This document shows positions 18,086 through 27,315 of a stretch of DNA of 47,469 nt, in pieces (position 1 is the first letter of the stretch; the number at the start of each line of letters is the position of its first letter). Both the position numbers and the translations under genes were made by a program. The DNA is from an uncultured Bacilli bacterium (GTDB taxonomy: Bacteria; Bacillota_I; Bacilli_A; RF39; UBA660). The notes beneath the pieces were generated by a model. It had not been told where the DNA came from. It saw only the letters and a list, made by a program, of their open reading frames with translations, and made no database searches. The stretch covers positions 1 to 47,469 of the forward strand of contig CALVKE010000038.1 in NCBI GenBank assembly GCA_944332535.1, read 5' to 3'.

Positions 18086-20189
18086 TTTTCTCTACCTCCT
18101 TTTTATCTAGTACAAAACACATTTCTTTACTTAGATTCGGGTTATAAAAAGGATCATTTTGTAATATTTTTTTCCACTTTTTTTTCATATATTCCGTGGA
18201 ATACTGCAATTCTTTTGCTTTTTCGGGACTTTGGCTCTTGCCACGACTTAACGATTCATAATGATAAAGCTCTACTTGTGGTAAACAGATATTATAGTAG
18301 CCTTTTTCTAGTAATTTTAAGCAAAAATCAATGTCATTATAATTTATTTCTAATTCTTCTGTTAATCCGTTCACTTCAAAGTATTTCTTTTTATCAACCA
18401 TTAGACAGGCTCCAGTAACAGCAGCATAATTATAAGGAACAAGTAATCTTCCCGCTAGGGCAGATGCAAATTTGTCTTTTAGATAGTACGCATGATTTGC
18501 AATCTTTTCTTCCCCTACTCCTACTACTACTCCAGCATGTTGAATCTTTCCATTTGCAAATAAAAGCTTTGCTCCTACTGCGCCAATGCGTTCTTGCATT
18601 GCATAACCTAACATGATTTCTAACCACTCTCCATCGATTACTTCCACATCATTGTTTAACAGTAATAAATAGTCTCCTTCGGCATGCTTTGCTCCTATGT
18701 TGTTAATTTTTGAATAATTAAACTTTTCTGGATATTCCATCACTTTTAAATTATCGTGCTCTTCTTGTAATTTTCGCAATCCTTCCATCGTATGTGCTTC
18801 TTGACTATTGTTATCGATTATGATCACTTCATAATTTTGGTACTTCGTTTTTTGATATATCGAATTTACACAGGTCTCTACAAGCCCTATTTTGTCTTTT
18901 GTTGGAATGATAATAGAGACTTTCGGATTATTTTTCATTTCATATTTTAAAATATAGGAAGTTGCTATATTAGCGATCGATGCTTTGATTTTTCTTCTTT
19001 TTAAGGCATCTTCTAATGCTTTTATTCCACTCATGCTAGCATAACTTTTATTATCTGTCGTCATGGAAGTGGATCCTTCTATCATTCTCCAATGATATAA
19101 AATTTTAGGAATATGGTAAATGTTTTGTGTTTGTTCCGTAAAGCGGAGCATTAAGTCATAGTCTTGTGCTCCTTCATACCCTTTCCTAAAGTTTCCTATT
19201 TGCTTTACAAGTGATGTTCTTAACAACGCAAAGTGACAAATATAGTTATGACTTAGCAAGGTATCTGGCGACCAGTCTGGTTTAAAATGTGGGTCACATC
19301 TTCTTCCAAATGGATCTATTTTATCTTCATCCGTATAAATAAGATCTAAGTTTTTATTTTTGTTTAACGCTTTTACTACTTCGTAAAGAGCATTTTTGTC
19401 TAATATATCATCATTATCCATTAGACCAATAAATTCTCCTCTGGCAATCTTTAGTGCAGAATTACTTGCTTTGGAAATATGACCATTTTTCTTTCGATAA
19501 ACAACATGCACTTTGTCATATTTTTTTTCCATTTCTTTTAATAGTTGAATCGTTTCTTGATTCGTAGAAGCATCATCGGCGATACAAAGTTCAAAATTTG
19601 GATATGTTTGCAGCATTACAGATTCTATTGCCTCTTTTAGATATTTTGCATCGACATTATAAACAGGCATAATGATCGAAATGAATGGCATGTAGGAAAA
19701 CTTTTGATAAGAAGAAGATTGGGGATTTTCCCGCAGCCAATCATTATAATCTTCTATGCTGAAAAGTTGATAGAAACGTTCCTCTTTTGACCGATTCAAA
19801 ATAATCCGTTTGATAAATAAGGAGGCATATTCTTTTAATTTCTTAGGGGGGATGAAAAAGTGATACTCTCTCCAGAGAAACTGAATATTTCGTTTTATAT
19901 AAGAGCATTTTCTAGTACGATTTCGCTTTCTTTGTAAAGAAGCGAGAGAGGTTTGATAAAGAAGTGTCTCTTTCTTTTTTTCTATGCAATAAACCATCAA
20001 CTTTTTTCCTTCTTTTGGACAAGCAAACATAAAAGAAAAACGACAATCAGAAAGATTCGGATTTTCCTCTAGCAAAACTTGTTGATCTAATAAAACTTTT
20101 AATTGACTTCGGTTAGAAGGAAGAGTTCCAGAAATATATAAATCTGCAGTATCTTCCAATAACTCGATCTTCTCTATTTCCTGTTTCAT
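18072..20189 (-). CDS. Two-domain GT2 glycosyltransferase
   Basis: ISIIMPVYN...IADDAS...GAQDYDL, then VSIIIPTKD...LLNND...AVTGACL...NDIDFCL. Confidence 0.9.
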   Translation of the reverse strand: MKQEIEKIELLEDTADLYISGTLPSNRSQLKVLLDQQVLLEENPNLSDCRFSFMFACPKEGKKLMVYCIEKKKETLLYQTSLASLQRKRNRTRKCSYIKRNIQFLWREYHFFIPPKKLKEYASLFIKRIILNRSKEERFYQLFSIEDYNDWLRENPQSSSYQKFSYMPFISIIMPVYNVDAKYLKEAIESVMLQTYPNFELCIADDASTNQETIQLLKEMEKKYDKVHVVYRKKNGHISKASNSALKIARGEFIGLMDNDDILDKNALYEVVKALNKNKNLDLIYTDEDKIDPFGRRCDPHFKPDWSPDTLLSHNYICHFALLRTSLVKQIGNFRKGYEGAQDYDLMLRFTEQTQNIYHIPKILYHWRMIEGSTSMTTDNKSYASMSGIKALEDALKRRKIKASIANIATSYILKYEMKNNPKVSIIIPTKDKIGLVETCVNSIYQKTKYQNYEVIIIDNNSQEAHTMEGLRKLQEEHDNLKVMEYPEKFNYSKINNIGAKHAEGDYLLLLNNDVEVIDGEWLEIMLGYAMQERIGAVGAKLLFANGKIQHAGVVVGVGEEKIANHAYYLKDKFASALAGRLLVPYNYAAVTGACLMVDKKKYFEVNGLTEELEINYNDIDFCLKLLEKGYYNICLPQVELYHYESLSRGKSQSPEKAKELQYSTEYMKKKWKKILQNDPFYNPNLSKEMCFVLDKKEVEKNEKE

Positions 20190-20202
20190 AGCTTCCTACC
20201 TC

Positions 20203-20970
20203 CTATAACTCTTCTGCAAATCTTTTTTCCAGTTTTTTAAATATTTTATGTCCTAAATATACCAAAATCATACTTAATAGTAACAGTAAGAAGAGATCTT
20301 GAAAAGGGGGAGCAGTTTTATATAATAAAATATCTCGATAACAAGTAATAATTTGAGTCATAGGATTTAATTCTAGAATCCATCTTACGTTTGCTGGAAA
20401 CATAGTACTATTATAGACAATTGGCGTTGCATAAAACAACATATTAATAAAGAAATTGATAATGTACTCTGCATCTCTTATATATACGTCAACAGCACTC
20501 GTAATAAAAATAATTCCTAGTGATAATAAATATTGTGCCAAGATGACGAGTGGTAAGAATAGGATATTATAACTAATTCCAATCCCACTAAAAATAACAA
20601 ATAAGAAGATTACAATAAAAGAAATTAGAAAGTTTACTAACCCACTTGTGGCAATCGAAATCGGTAAGATTTCTCTTGGAAAATAAACCTTTTTAATAAT
20701 TCCAGCGTTCATAAGAATGCAGGTGGTTCCCTGCATAATAGTGGTCGTAAAAATATTCCATGGAATGATACCAACTACTAGAAACGTTAAATAATTTTCT
20801 TGTGTTGTCTTTAAAATAAAAGGAAACACAATAGCATATATCAATGCAGAAAGAAGAGGATTGACAAAGGACCATAATATTCCTAAAAAAGATCCTTTGT
20901 ATTTACCACGAACTTCTTTTTTTACATTATTTTTTAATAATTCTCTATAATTGTATAACTCTTTTATCAT
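20203..20970 (-). CDS. wzm: ABC-2 polysaccharide exporter permease
   Basis: KYKGSFLGILWSFVNPL, IKKVYFPREI, FYATPIVY, LNPM, EKRFAEEL. Confidence 0.92.
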   Translation of the reverse strand: MIKELYNYRELLKNNVKKEVRGKYKGSFLGILWSFVNPLLSALIYAIVFPFILKTTQENYLTFLVVGIIPWNIFTTTIMQGTTCILMNAGIIKKVYFPREILPISIATSGLVNFLISFIVIFLFVIFSGIGISYNILFLPLVILAQYLLSLGIIFITSAVDVYIRDAEYIINFFINMLFYATPIVYNSTMFPANVRWILELNPMTQIITCYRDILLYKTAPPFQDLFLLLLLSMILVYLGHKIFKKLEKRFAEEL

Positions 20971-20984
20971 GGTTCCTCCCGTTT

Positions 20985-21713
20985 CTAACCACAGACTTTC
21001 AAATATTCTTCAATGACTTTATCAATTTTTCCATCCATTCTGATTTTTCCATCATAAATCCAAATACCCCTCGTACAAAGATTTCGAATCGCCTCTAAAC
21101 TATGGGAAACAATTACAATTGTTTTGTTACTGTTTTTTAATTGGTTCAATTTTTCGAAACACTTATCCTGAAAATGTTGATCTCCTACGGCTAAAATTTC
21201 ATCGATTAACAATATTTCAGCATCCACATTAATCGCAATCGAAAAGGCAAGACGCATGTACATTCCAGAGGAATACGTGCGAATGGGTTGGTCGATAAAC
21301 TCTTCTAGCTCTGAAAAAGCAATAATTTCATCTATTCTTTTTTCAATTTCTGCTTTCGTAAGGCCGAAAATAGAAGCATTGAAGTAAATGTTTTCTCTTC
21401 CTGTAAAATCTGGATGGAACCCTGCTCCAAGTTCCAATAAAGAAGTCAATTTCCCTTCTGTTTTAATTTCTCCAGAAGTAGGATAAATAATTTTGGTCAT
21501 TAATTTTAGAAGGGTTGATTTTCCACTTCCATTAGTTCCAATTAAAGCGACCGTCTCGCCCTTTTTAATTTTTAAATTAATATCTTTTAGAATCATTCTA
21601 GTTTCTACTTTGTTTTTTCGAAAAACAAGACGTTCTTTGAGGGTTGCGGGTTTGTCCGTTGCTATTTTAAAACTCTTGCTCATGTCCTTGATTATAATTG
21701 CATATTCTTTCAC
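20985..21713 (-). CDS. wzt: ABC polysaccharide exporter ATP-binding protein, no C-terminal carbohydrate-binding extension
   Basis: GTNGSGKST, LELGAGF, YSSGM, LLIDEILAVGD, VSH; 242 aa. Confidence 0.92.
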   Translation of the reverse strand: MKEYAIIIKDMSKSFKIATDKPATLKERLVFRKNKVETRMILKDINLKIKKGETVALIGTNGSGKSTLLKLMTKIIYPTSGEIKTEGKLTSLLELGAGFHPDFTGRENIYFNASIFGLTKAEIEKRIDEIIAFSELEEFIDQPIRTYSSGMYMRLAFSIAINVDAEILLIDEILAVGDQHFQDKCFEKLNQLKNSNKTIVIVSHSLEAIRNLCTRGIWIYDGKIRMDGKIDKVIEEYLKVCG

Positions 21714-21717
21714 TTTT

Positions 21718-22890
21718 TCACCTCGGTAGGCATTCTAATTTTTGATAGACTTCTTCGATTAAGTGTGTTTTTGTCTCATTCAAATAGTTCTGACATACTT
21801 TCTCATAAGCCTTTTGCCCGATTTGTTTTCGAAACTTTGCATTCTGATAGAGCAGCTCTATTTTATCAAACCACTCACCAGGATTACAAAATAGACCATC
21901 TACCCCGTCACACACTAAATTTTGATAAACTTCTGTTGGTGTCATACAAGATGGAACTTTTACAATTCCGGCTTCAAAGAACTTTAACTCCGACTTAGCT
22001 TGATTAAAATCGTTGGCAACAAGAGGAATCATGTTAACGTCTACTCCTCCTATCTCATACTGTAGTTTTGGATAAGGAACTAGCTCTTCGAAGATTACCC
22101 TTCCTTGCGTTTGATACTTTTTCAATTTTCCTTCTAACTGCATAAATCCTACGATCTTTACATAAATATTTTGATATTTTTCTAGCAGCCGAACCAGATC
22201 TCGCTCCACTACGCGAAAATCATTCCGGTGAGATGGAGACCCACTAAAGTATCCAATCACAAATTTTTCTTTCTCTTCTTCCCTATTTTTTAAAACAATT
22301 TGGGATTCCTCTTCTTGTTCATGATTTAAAAAGTTCGGAATCACAAAAGTCGGCTTTTGATAATCTTCTTCTATCTTCTTTTTCAAAAAGTCCGTCGTTA
22401 CGATATAGGCATCACATCTTTTTGCTACCATTTCATATCCACTTGCGATAGAAAGATAAAGAGAAGTATTCGTTTTATTAAAAGACACACCAATATGATT
22501 CATAAAGGATGGAACATAATCTATTTTATAGAGAAGATCATCCATATCGTATACGATTGGAATTTTTTTCATATGAGCAAAATGAATCAAATTTTCAACC
22601 TCGATCGTCCAACTAGTTCTTTGAAAAATGAGAATATCTACAGTTTCCAAATAAGGCATTATCTTAGGAATTTCTTCACATAGAAAATAAGTAACTTCGT
22701 ATTTCTTGCTACTAGTTAGTGCTTCTCTTACATTGTAACAGCGGTAGCGAAAGGTAGAATTATCAAACTCATTTTTGATGTAGACAACCTTTTTTTTCTT
22801 AGACTTTTGAAGAAGGAGACGATATCTTTCCTGGTAGGAAAGAACTTGGAGAGGCATTTTAAATTCTTTACTACACTCTATTTTATACAT
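21718..22890 (-). CDS. GT-B (GT4-like) glycosyltransferase
   Basis: TFRYRC, YDMDDL, GYFSGSPSH, FNQAKSELKFFEAG. Confidence 0.8.
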   Translation of the reverse strand: MYKIECSKEFKMPLQVLSYQERYRLLLQKSKKKKVVYIKNEFDNSTFRYRCYNVREALTSSKKYEVTYFLCEEIPKIMPYLETVDILIFQRTSWTIEVENLIHFAHMKKIPIVYDMDDLLYKIDYVPSFMNHIGVSFNKTNTSLYLSIASGYEMVAKRCDAYIVTTDFLKKKIEEDYQKPTFVIPNFLNHEQEEESQIVLKNREEEKEKFVIGYFSGSPSHRNDFRVVERDLVRLLEKYQNIYVKIVGFMQLEGKLKKYQTQGRVIFEELVPYPKLQYEIGGVDVNMIPLVANDFNQAKSELKFFEAGIVKVPSCMTPTEVYQNLVCDGVDGLFCNPGEWFDKIELLYQNAKFRKQIGQKAYEKVCQNYLNETKTHLIEEVYQKLECLPR

Positions 22891-24358
22891 CTTGATCCTC
22901 TAAAAAGTGATGCATATGAATGATCGAATCTTTTAGTGCTACATCCCAAGTTCCACCAGTATGAGAATTTTGCCAATTTTTCTTTCTTTGTTCCACGTCT
23001 TTCACAAGTTCTGCTCCTTTTCCTAGTGCCTCTACCATATCTTCTTTTTTTAAATCTGCTGTGATAATATTCTTTGAATAGTAATCTAGATTTTGTTTAT
23101 TGGCATAACGATTGGTTACACAAACTGCCCCTGCTGTGGTTGTATCAAGAGGCGGATAACTTGGATGAGGAGTATAAATCATGCTATAACATAAGTCCAC
23201 AGTAGATGCAAAATTACAATATTCTTTCCAATCCATTACTCCTAATTTTTTTACTTCCACTTCTGTATCAAAACAAAAATCAGGTACACTTTTGTCTCCT
23301 GCAGTGTAGACAACCCACTCCTCTGGGTTTAAGGTTCCGGATAAAAATGCTTCATTTAAATTATCTAATCCAAAATAGAAAATATTTCTTTGATGAGAAG
23401 GTCGTGCATAATAAAATAAACTATATTTTTTCTTTTTTGAAAAACTTGTCTTACTTGGTTTTAGAAGTTCCTCAGAAAAGACAGGTTCAAAATAAATCCC
23501 ATTTTCTCTTACATTTTGGTAACCGTTTGCACACAAATAATCATATAGTAATTTTGAATTTACGATTGGAATTAAGCGATTGTCCGTCAATGTATTATAG
23601 CAGCGTAAATGGTTATCCCCATGATCGTAAAAAAAGGTTTCTACTTCTTGCATAATATAAAATACCTTTCCCGTTATTTCAGGAGTATGTAATACGGCAT
23701 CGGCATTAGACCACATCGTACATAAAAAATGATCCTTTTCTGAAATTTCTAATCGTTGATTCGCATCCGTTGCAAAAAATTCCACTTTATTTGGCTTTGC
23801 TAAATGAAATAGATCCAAAAATTGATAGAAGATGCTCTCTTCTGGATTTTGGGCAATGATTCTCAAATCATAATGATATTGATTTACAAATTGAATCGCT
23901 AAAATTAAAGCGGTTGCTTTTCCACCAAAGAAACATCCTTTATCGAATCCATTGAACACAATATTCAAACGGGTATTTTCAATAGTAGTTGGAATGGTTC
24001 GAAAAGGAATGCTTTCGTTAAAATGGGCATTCAGTAAATCTGTTACCGTTCTTTGAAACTTGGTTTTTGGTCCAATAATTCTTTTGTCGTATTGACCAAA
24101 TCGGGTATAATGAACGATTGGATTGATTGTAATATGAAATTTATAATTGGCCCCTAGATAAAGATTATTATCAAACTCGGCACTAGGATTTCTTCCTTCT
24201 TTCCATCCGGAATAATAATAATGCTTTACTGGATCTACTCCGCTATCAACAATATCTGGATTTTGTGATAAATAATAAGTCGCATCAAAATAAGGACTAT
24301 TCTTAATGATCCAAATATTTCGAATATCGGATAGTTTTCTTTTTATTTTATGTATCAT
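22883..24358 (-). CDS. WsaF-like (rhamnosyl) glycosyltransferase with N-terminal accessory module
   Basis: FFGGKATAL, YIMQEVETFFY, YYARPSHQRN, PHPSYPPLD; N-terminal FDATYYLSQNPD...HYYYSGWKEGRNP. Confidence 0.72.
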   Translation of the reverse strand: MIHKIKRKLSDIRNIWIIKNSPYFDATYYLSQNPDIVDSGVDPVKHYYYSGWKEGRNPSAEFDNNLYLGANYKFHITINPIVHYTRFGQYDKRIIGPKTKFQRTVTDLLNAHFNESIPFRTIPTTIENTRLNIVFNGFDKGCFFGGKATALILAIQFVNQYHYDLRIIAQNPEESIFYQFLDLFHLAKPNKVEFFATDANQRLEISEKDHFLCTMWSNADAVLHTPEITGKVFYIMQEVETFFYDHGDNHLRCYNTLTDNRLIPIVNSKLLYDYLCANGYQNVRENGIYFEPVFSEELLKPSKTSFSKKKKYSLFYYARPSHQRNIFYFGLDNLNEAFLSGTLNPEEWVVYTAGDKSVPDFCFDTEVEVKKLGVMDWKEYCNFASTVDLCYSMIYTPHPSYPPLDTTTAGAVCVTNRYANKQNLDYYSKNIITADLKKEDMVEALGKGAELVKDVEQRKKNWQNSHTGGTWDVALKDSIIHMHHFLEDQDV

Positions 24359-24381
24359 CGTTATCGCTCCATTCTTTTGAT

Positions 24382-24410
24382 ATTATAATATATAATTCAA
24401 AATATGACAA
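24382..24410 (-). promoter_or_regulatory. Internal sigma-A-type promoter for 24358 and downstream genes
   Basis: Minus strand TTGTCA (24410-24405), 17 nt, TATAAT (24387-24382). Confidence 0.7.
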
Positions 24411-24420
24411 GTTTCGACCC

Positions 24421-25398
24421 TTACCTTTTGAATCCTCTTTTTATCTTTCTAAGAGGTTCTGTAATTTTCCAACTTGTACTATTTAATATTTTTTCGATTT
24501 CCCTCTGTTTCATTTGTAATTGGTCCATTAATTCTTTTTCTCTTTCACGCAAGACATTTATTTCCTGTCCCTGAATTTCTTTTTCTTCTAATTGCTTTTC
24601 TATTTTTGCATAGTAATTAGGTGTGGTGCGAGAGGCTTTTTTTGCCACTTTTCCAACTTTTAACTCGTAGATATATTGTAAAACACAAAGTTCTCCGTCT
24701 TGATCTAATATTTTGTAAAGATTCGGATAGGAAGTAGCATAAGAGGGAACGACAATAGTCTTTCCTATAATAGTGGGTTGAAACGTTAAGTAATAAAGTG
24801 CATTCATTGCTTCGACCATCTCCAAGAAAGAATTTTTTGTAAAAAAGCGAAGATGGGTATTATCTAGCAATCCCGTTACATTATAGTTAAATGTTCTATC
24901 GATTAAATTTTTACTGATATCCATGTGAGCAATATTAGGAAGGCTAATTAAAATGCTTCCTTGTGCAGTTAGTTTTTTAGAAAATTCATAAAGTACTTTC
25001 CCTGGATCCGGTAAATGCTCTAGAATATCTGCAAATATAATATAATCATATTTTTTCTTATTGCGAAAAAAAGAAAGGTATCTTGGATCTTGTTCATCCG
25101 TTACTGAAAAGTCAAACAGGTTCTGGTAACATTCTTTCTTTTTTGCGATTTCTAATGCTTCAGGATCTATTTCAATTCCATCCACCATACACTCTTTTTC
25201 TCTTTTTAAAATTTCTCCAATATACCCTACGGCACATCCGACATCTAAACAAGTGGATCCCTTAGTGATGTGACTTGCAATAATGGCATGACTATCATTG
25301 GAATCATCTAAACGAATCGTAATTTGTTCTTCATAATATCGATTCTCCTTTTTGGGGCTCACCAAAAGATTTTTTTTAGCATTTCCTAAATGAAACAT
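24421..25398 (-). CDS. Class I SAM-dependent methyltransferase with C-terminal coiled coil
   Basis: LDVGCAVG, FADILEHLPDP, GLLDNTHLRFFT; E/Q/K-rich heptads then NSTSWKITEPLR. Confidence 0.85.
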   Translation of the reverse strand: MFHLGNAKKNLLVSPKKENRYYEEQITIRLDDSNDSHAIIASHITKGSTCLDVGCAVGYIGEILKREKECMVDGIEIDPEALEIAKKKECYQNLFDFSVTDEQDPRYLSFFRNKKKYDYIIFADILEHLPDPGKVLYEFSKKLTAQGSILISLPNIAHMDISKNLIDRTFNYNVTGLLDNTHLRFFTKNSFLEMVEAMNALYYLTFQPTIIGKTIVVPSYATSYPNLYKILDQDGELCVLQYIYELKVGKVAKKASRTTPNYYAKIEKQLEEKEIQGQEINVLREREKELMDQLQMKQREIEKILNSTSWKITEPLRKIKRGFKR

Positions 25399-25420
25399 GT
25401 TTTCTCCTGTCCTTTCTTTT

Positions 25421-26323
25421 CTACTGCCCTTCCTTTTTTCTTTTTACTAATTGTTTTTGCACAATCTTTTCCAAATATTGTCCGTAAGAATTTTTTTGCA
25501 TTAATTCTGCACTTTGCTTCAAATTCTCTAGATCGAGCCAACCTTGATCATATCCGATTTGTTCTAGGCAAGCGATCACTCTTCCACGGTTCTTTTGTGC
25601 ACTATAAATAAAGTTTTCTGCTTCTAATTTGCTTTCAAACGTTCCTGCATCAAACCAAGAAAATCCACCACCAAGCAATTCTGCCTTTAGATTCCCTTCT
25701 TTTAAATACATGGCATTGAGAGTAGTAATTTCCACTTCTCCTCTTTTTGATGGCTTTACTAAGTGTGCTTTTTGACTTACTCCAGATGGATAAAAGTATA
25801 ACCCTGTGATAGCAAAATTACTTTTTGGATACTGTGGTTTTTCTTCTACACTAATAATATTTTTATCTTCATCCAGCTCCATGATTCCAAAGCGTTCCGG
25901 ATCTCTTACTTCATATCCGAAATTGGTAGCTTTTCCTTCTTGGGCATTTCGGCAAGCATTTGCTAACATTTCCACAAAGCCATTTCCATAGAAAATGTTA
26001 TCTCCTAACACCATCGCACAAGGATCCTCTCCAATAAATTCTTCTCCGATTGTAAAAGCTTGGGCAAGTCCCTTTGGTTCTTCTTGCACTGCATAACAAA
26101 GGCGAACTCCAAAGTTTTCTCCATTTCCTAATTGCCTTTTAAATAATTCTTGATCCTGTGGTGTCGTAATAATTAAAATATCCTGAATCCCTGCCAACAT
26201 CAAAGTAGATAGTGGATAATAAATCATTGGTTTATCATAAATCGATTGTAACTGTTTACTGACTGCTCTAGTAAGTGGGTATAATCTTGTCCCACTTCCA
26301 CCTGCAAGTATAATTCCTTTCAT
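25421..26323 (-). CDS. rmlA: Glucose-1-phosphate thymidylyltransferase
   Basis: MKGIILAGGSGTRLYPLT, YDKPMIYYPLSTLMLAG, LGDNIFYG, EEKP, WFDAGT; ATG 26323 with GGAGGT RBS (ORF track start 26335). Confidence 0.95.
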   Translation of the reverse strand: MKGIILAGGSGTRLYPLTRAVSKQLQSIYDKPMIYYPLSTLMLAGIQDILIITTPQDQELFKRQLGNGENFGVRLCYAVQEEPKGLAQAFTIGEEFIGEDPCAMVLGDNIFYGNGFVEMLANACRNAQEGKATNFGYEVRDPERFGIMELDEDKNIISVEEKPQYPKSNFAITGLYFYPSGVSQKAHLVKPSKRGEVEITTLNAMYLKEGNLKAELLGGGFSWFDAGTFESKLEAENFIYSAQKNRGRVIACLEQIGYDQGWLDLENLKQSAELMQKNSYGQYLEKIVQKQLVKRKKEGQ

Positions 26324-26361
26324 AAAACCTCCCATTCTGCAATGCTACCATTGCTATAATC

Positions 26362-26390
26362 ATTATAACAAACTTTTCTTTTGCTGTATA
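26362..26390 (-). promoter_or_regulatory. sigma-A-type promoter for rmlA
   Basis: Minus strand TATACA, 17 nt, TATAAT with TGn extension. Confidence 0.6.
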
Positions 26391-26437
26391 GAAAATCTCA
26401 TGTTTTCTTGGCTTTCTTTGCTTTTTTATCAAATTTC

Positions 26438-26475
26438 AAAAGAAAAACACGCAATCTTTAAGCCATACGTGTCTT
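26438..26475 (-). terminator. Rho-independent terminator after the ligase-GT2 pair
   Basis: Minus strand GACACGTA-TGGCTTAAAGAT-TGCGTGTT followed by T-rich tail. Confidence 0.6.
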
Positions 26476-26490
26476 ATTTCTGTTCCTTAT

Positions 26491-27315
26491 TTATAATTGT
26501 GTTAGTTTTCCCGTGAACTTCAAGAAAAATAATTCTGCCTTACTCGCCCCATTATACGTTTTTTCAAAATAGTATTGACTCTCCTTTAGTATTTTTAATT
26601 TTCGCCGTCTTTGAATATTTTTATCAATCGTTACGGAATGATTATGAATTACGACCACTTCATTGTTGATCTTTGTTTTAAGTTGAATTTTTTCCAACTT
26701 TTTTGCCAAAATATTCTCTTCGTAATAGAGAAAAACGTTTTCATCAAAGAAATCTATCTCTTCTAATACCGTTGACTTAATCAAGAAGAAACAGCCACTT
26801 ACTACCTCAACTGTCGCCTCTTTTTCTTGATAGTGTTCTTCTTTATAATAACGATACTTTTTCTCAAAATAACGATATAACTTTGGTATGTTAAATAAAA
26901 TTTCTTGTTTTGGAGTTGGAAGTCGCCATCCCCTATTTAAGTTATTTTTTTCCACGATGACAGGAGAGGCTACGCCAACATCTTTGGGAAATAATGTCTT
27001 TAACAATTCTTTGATATGTTTTTCTTCTGAGATAATAATATCAGCATTTGAAACAATGATATTACATTTTCCAAATTGTTCGATCAAGTATTTGGCTCCT
27101 ATATTGATAGCGGAACCATAGCCCTTGTTCTCCTCAGCAAAAATAATTTTGACCTTTTTATGTTTTATCGTTTTTAGTTTTTCTTGCTCTTCTTCGGAAG
27201 AGTGATTATCTACAATAACGATTTTTTCAATTACCTTATAGTTTTTCACATTGTTAATTAGTGCAATAGTGGAGTCGTAATCATTGTAGTTTACGATAAT
27301 CATTCCTGTTTTCAT
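26491..27315 (-). CDS. GT2 glycosyltransferase
   Basis: IIVNYND, VDNHS, NKGYGSAINIG, SNAD, SGCFFL, FDENVFLYYEE. Confidence 0.88.
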   Translation of the reverse strand: MKTGMIIVNYNDYDSTIALINNVKNYKVIEKIVIVDNHSSEEEQEKLKTIKHKKVKIIFAEENKGYGSAINIGAKYLIEQFGKCNIIVSNADIIISEEKHIKELLKTLFPKDVGVASPVIVEKNNLNRGWRLPTPKQEILFNIPKLYRYFEKKYRYYKEEHYQEKEATVEVVSGCFFLIKSTVLEEIDFFDENVFLYYEENILAKKLEKIQLKTKINNEVVVIHNHSVTIDKNIQRRRKLKILKESQYYFEKTYNGASKAELFFLKFTGKLTQL

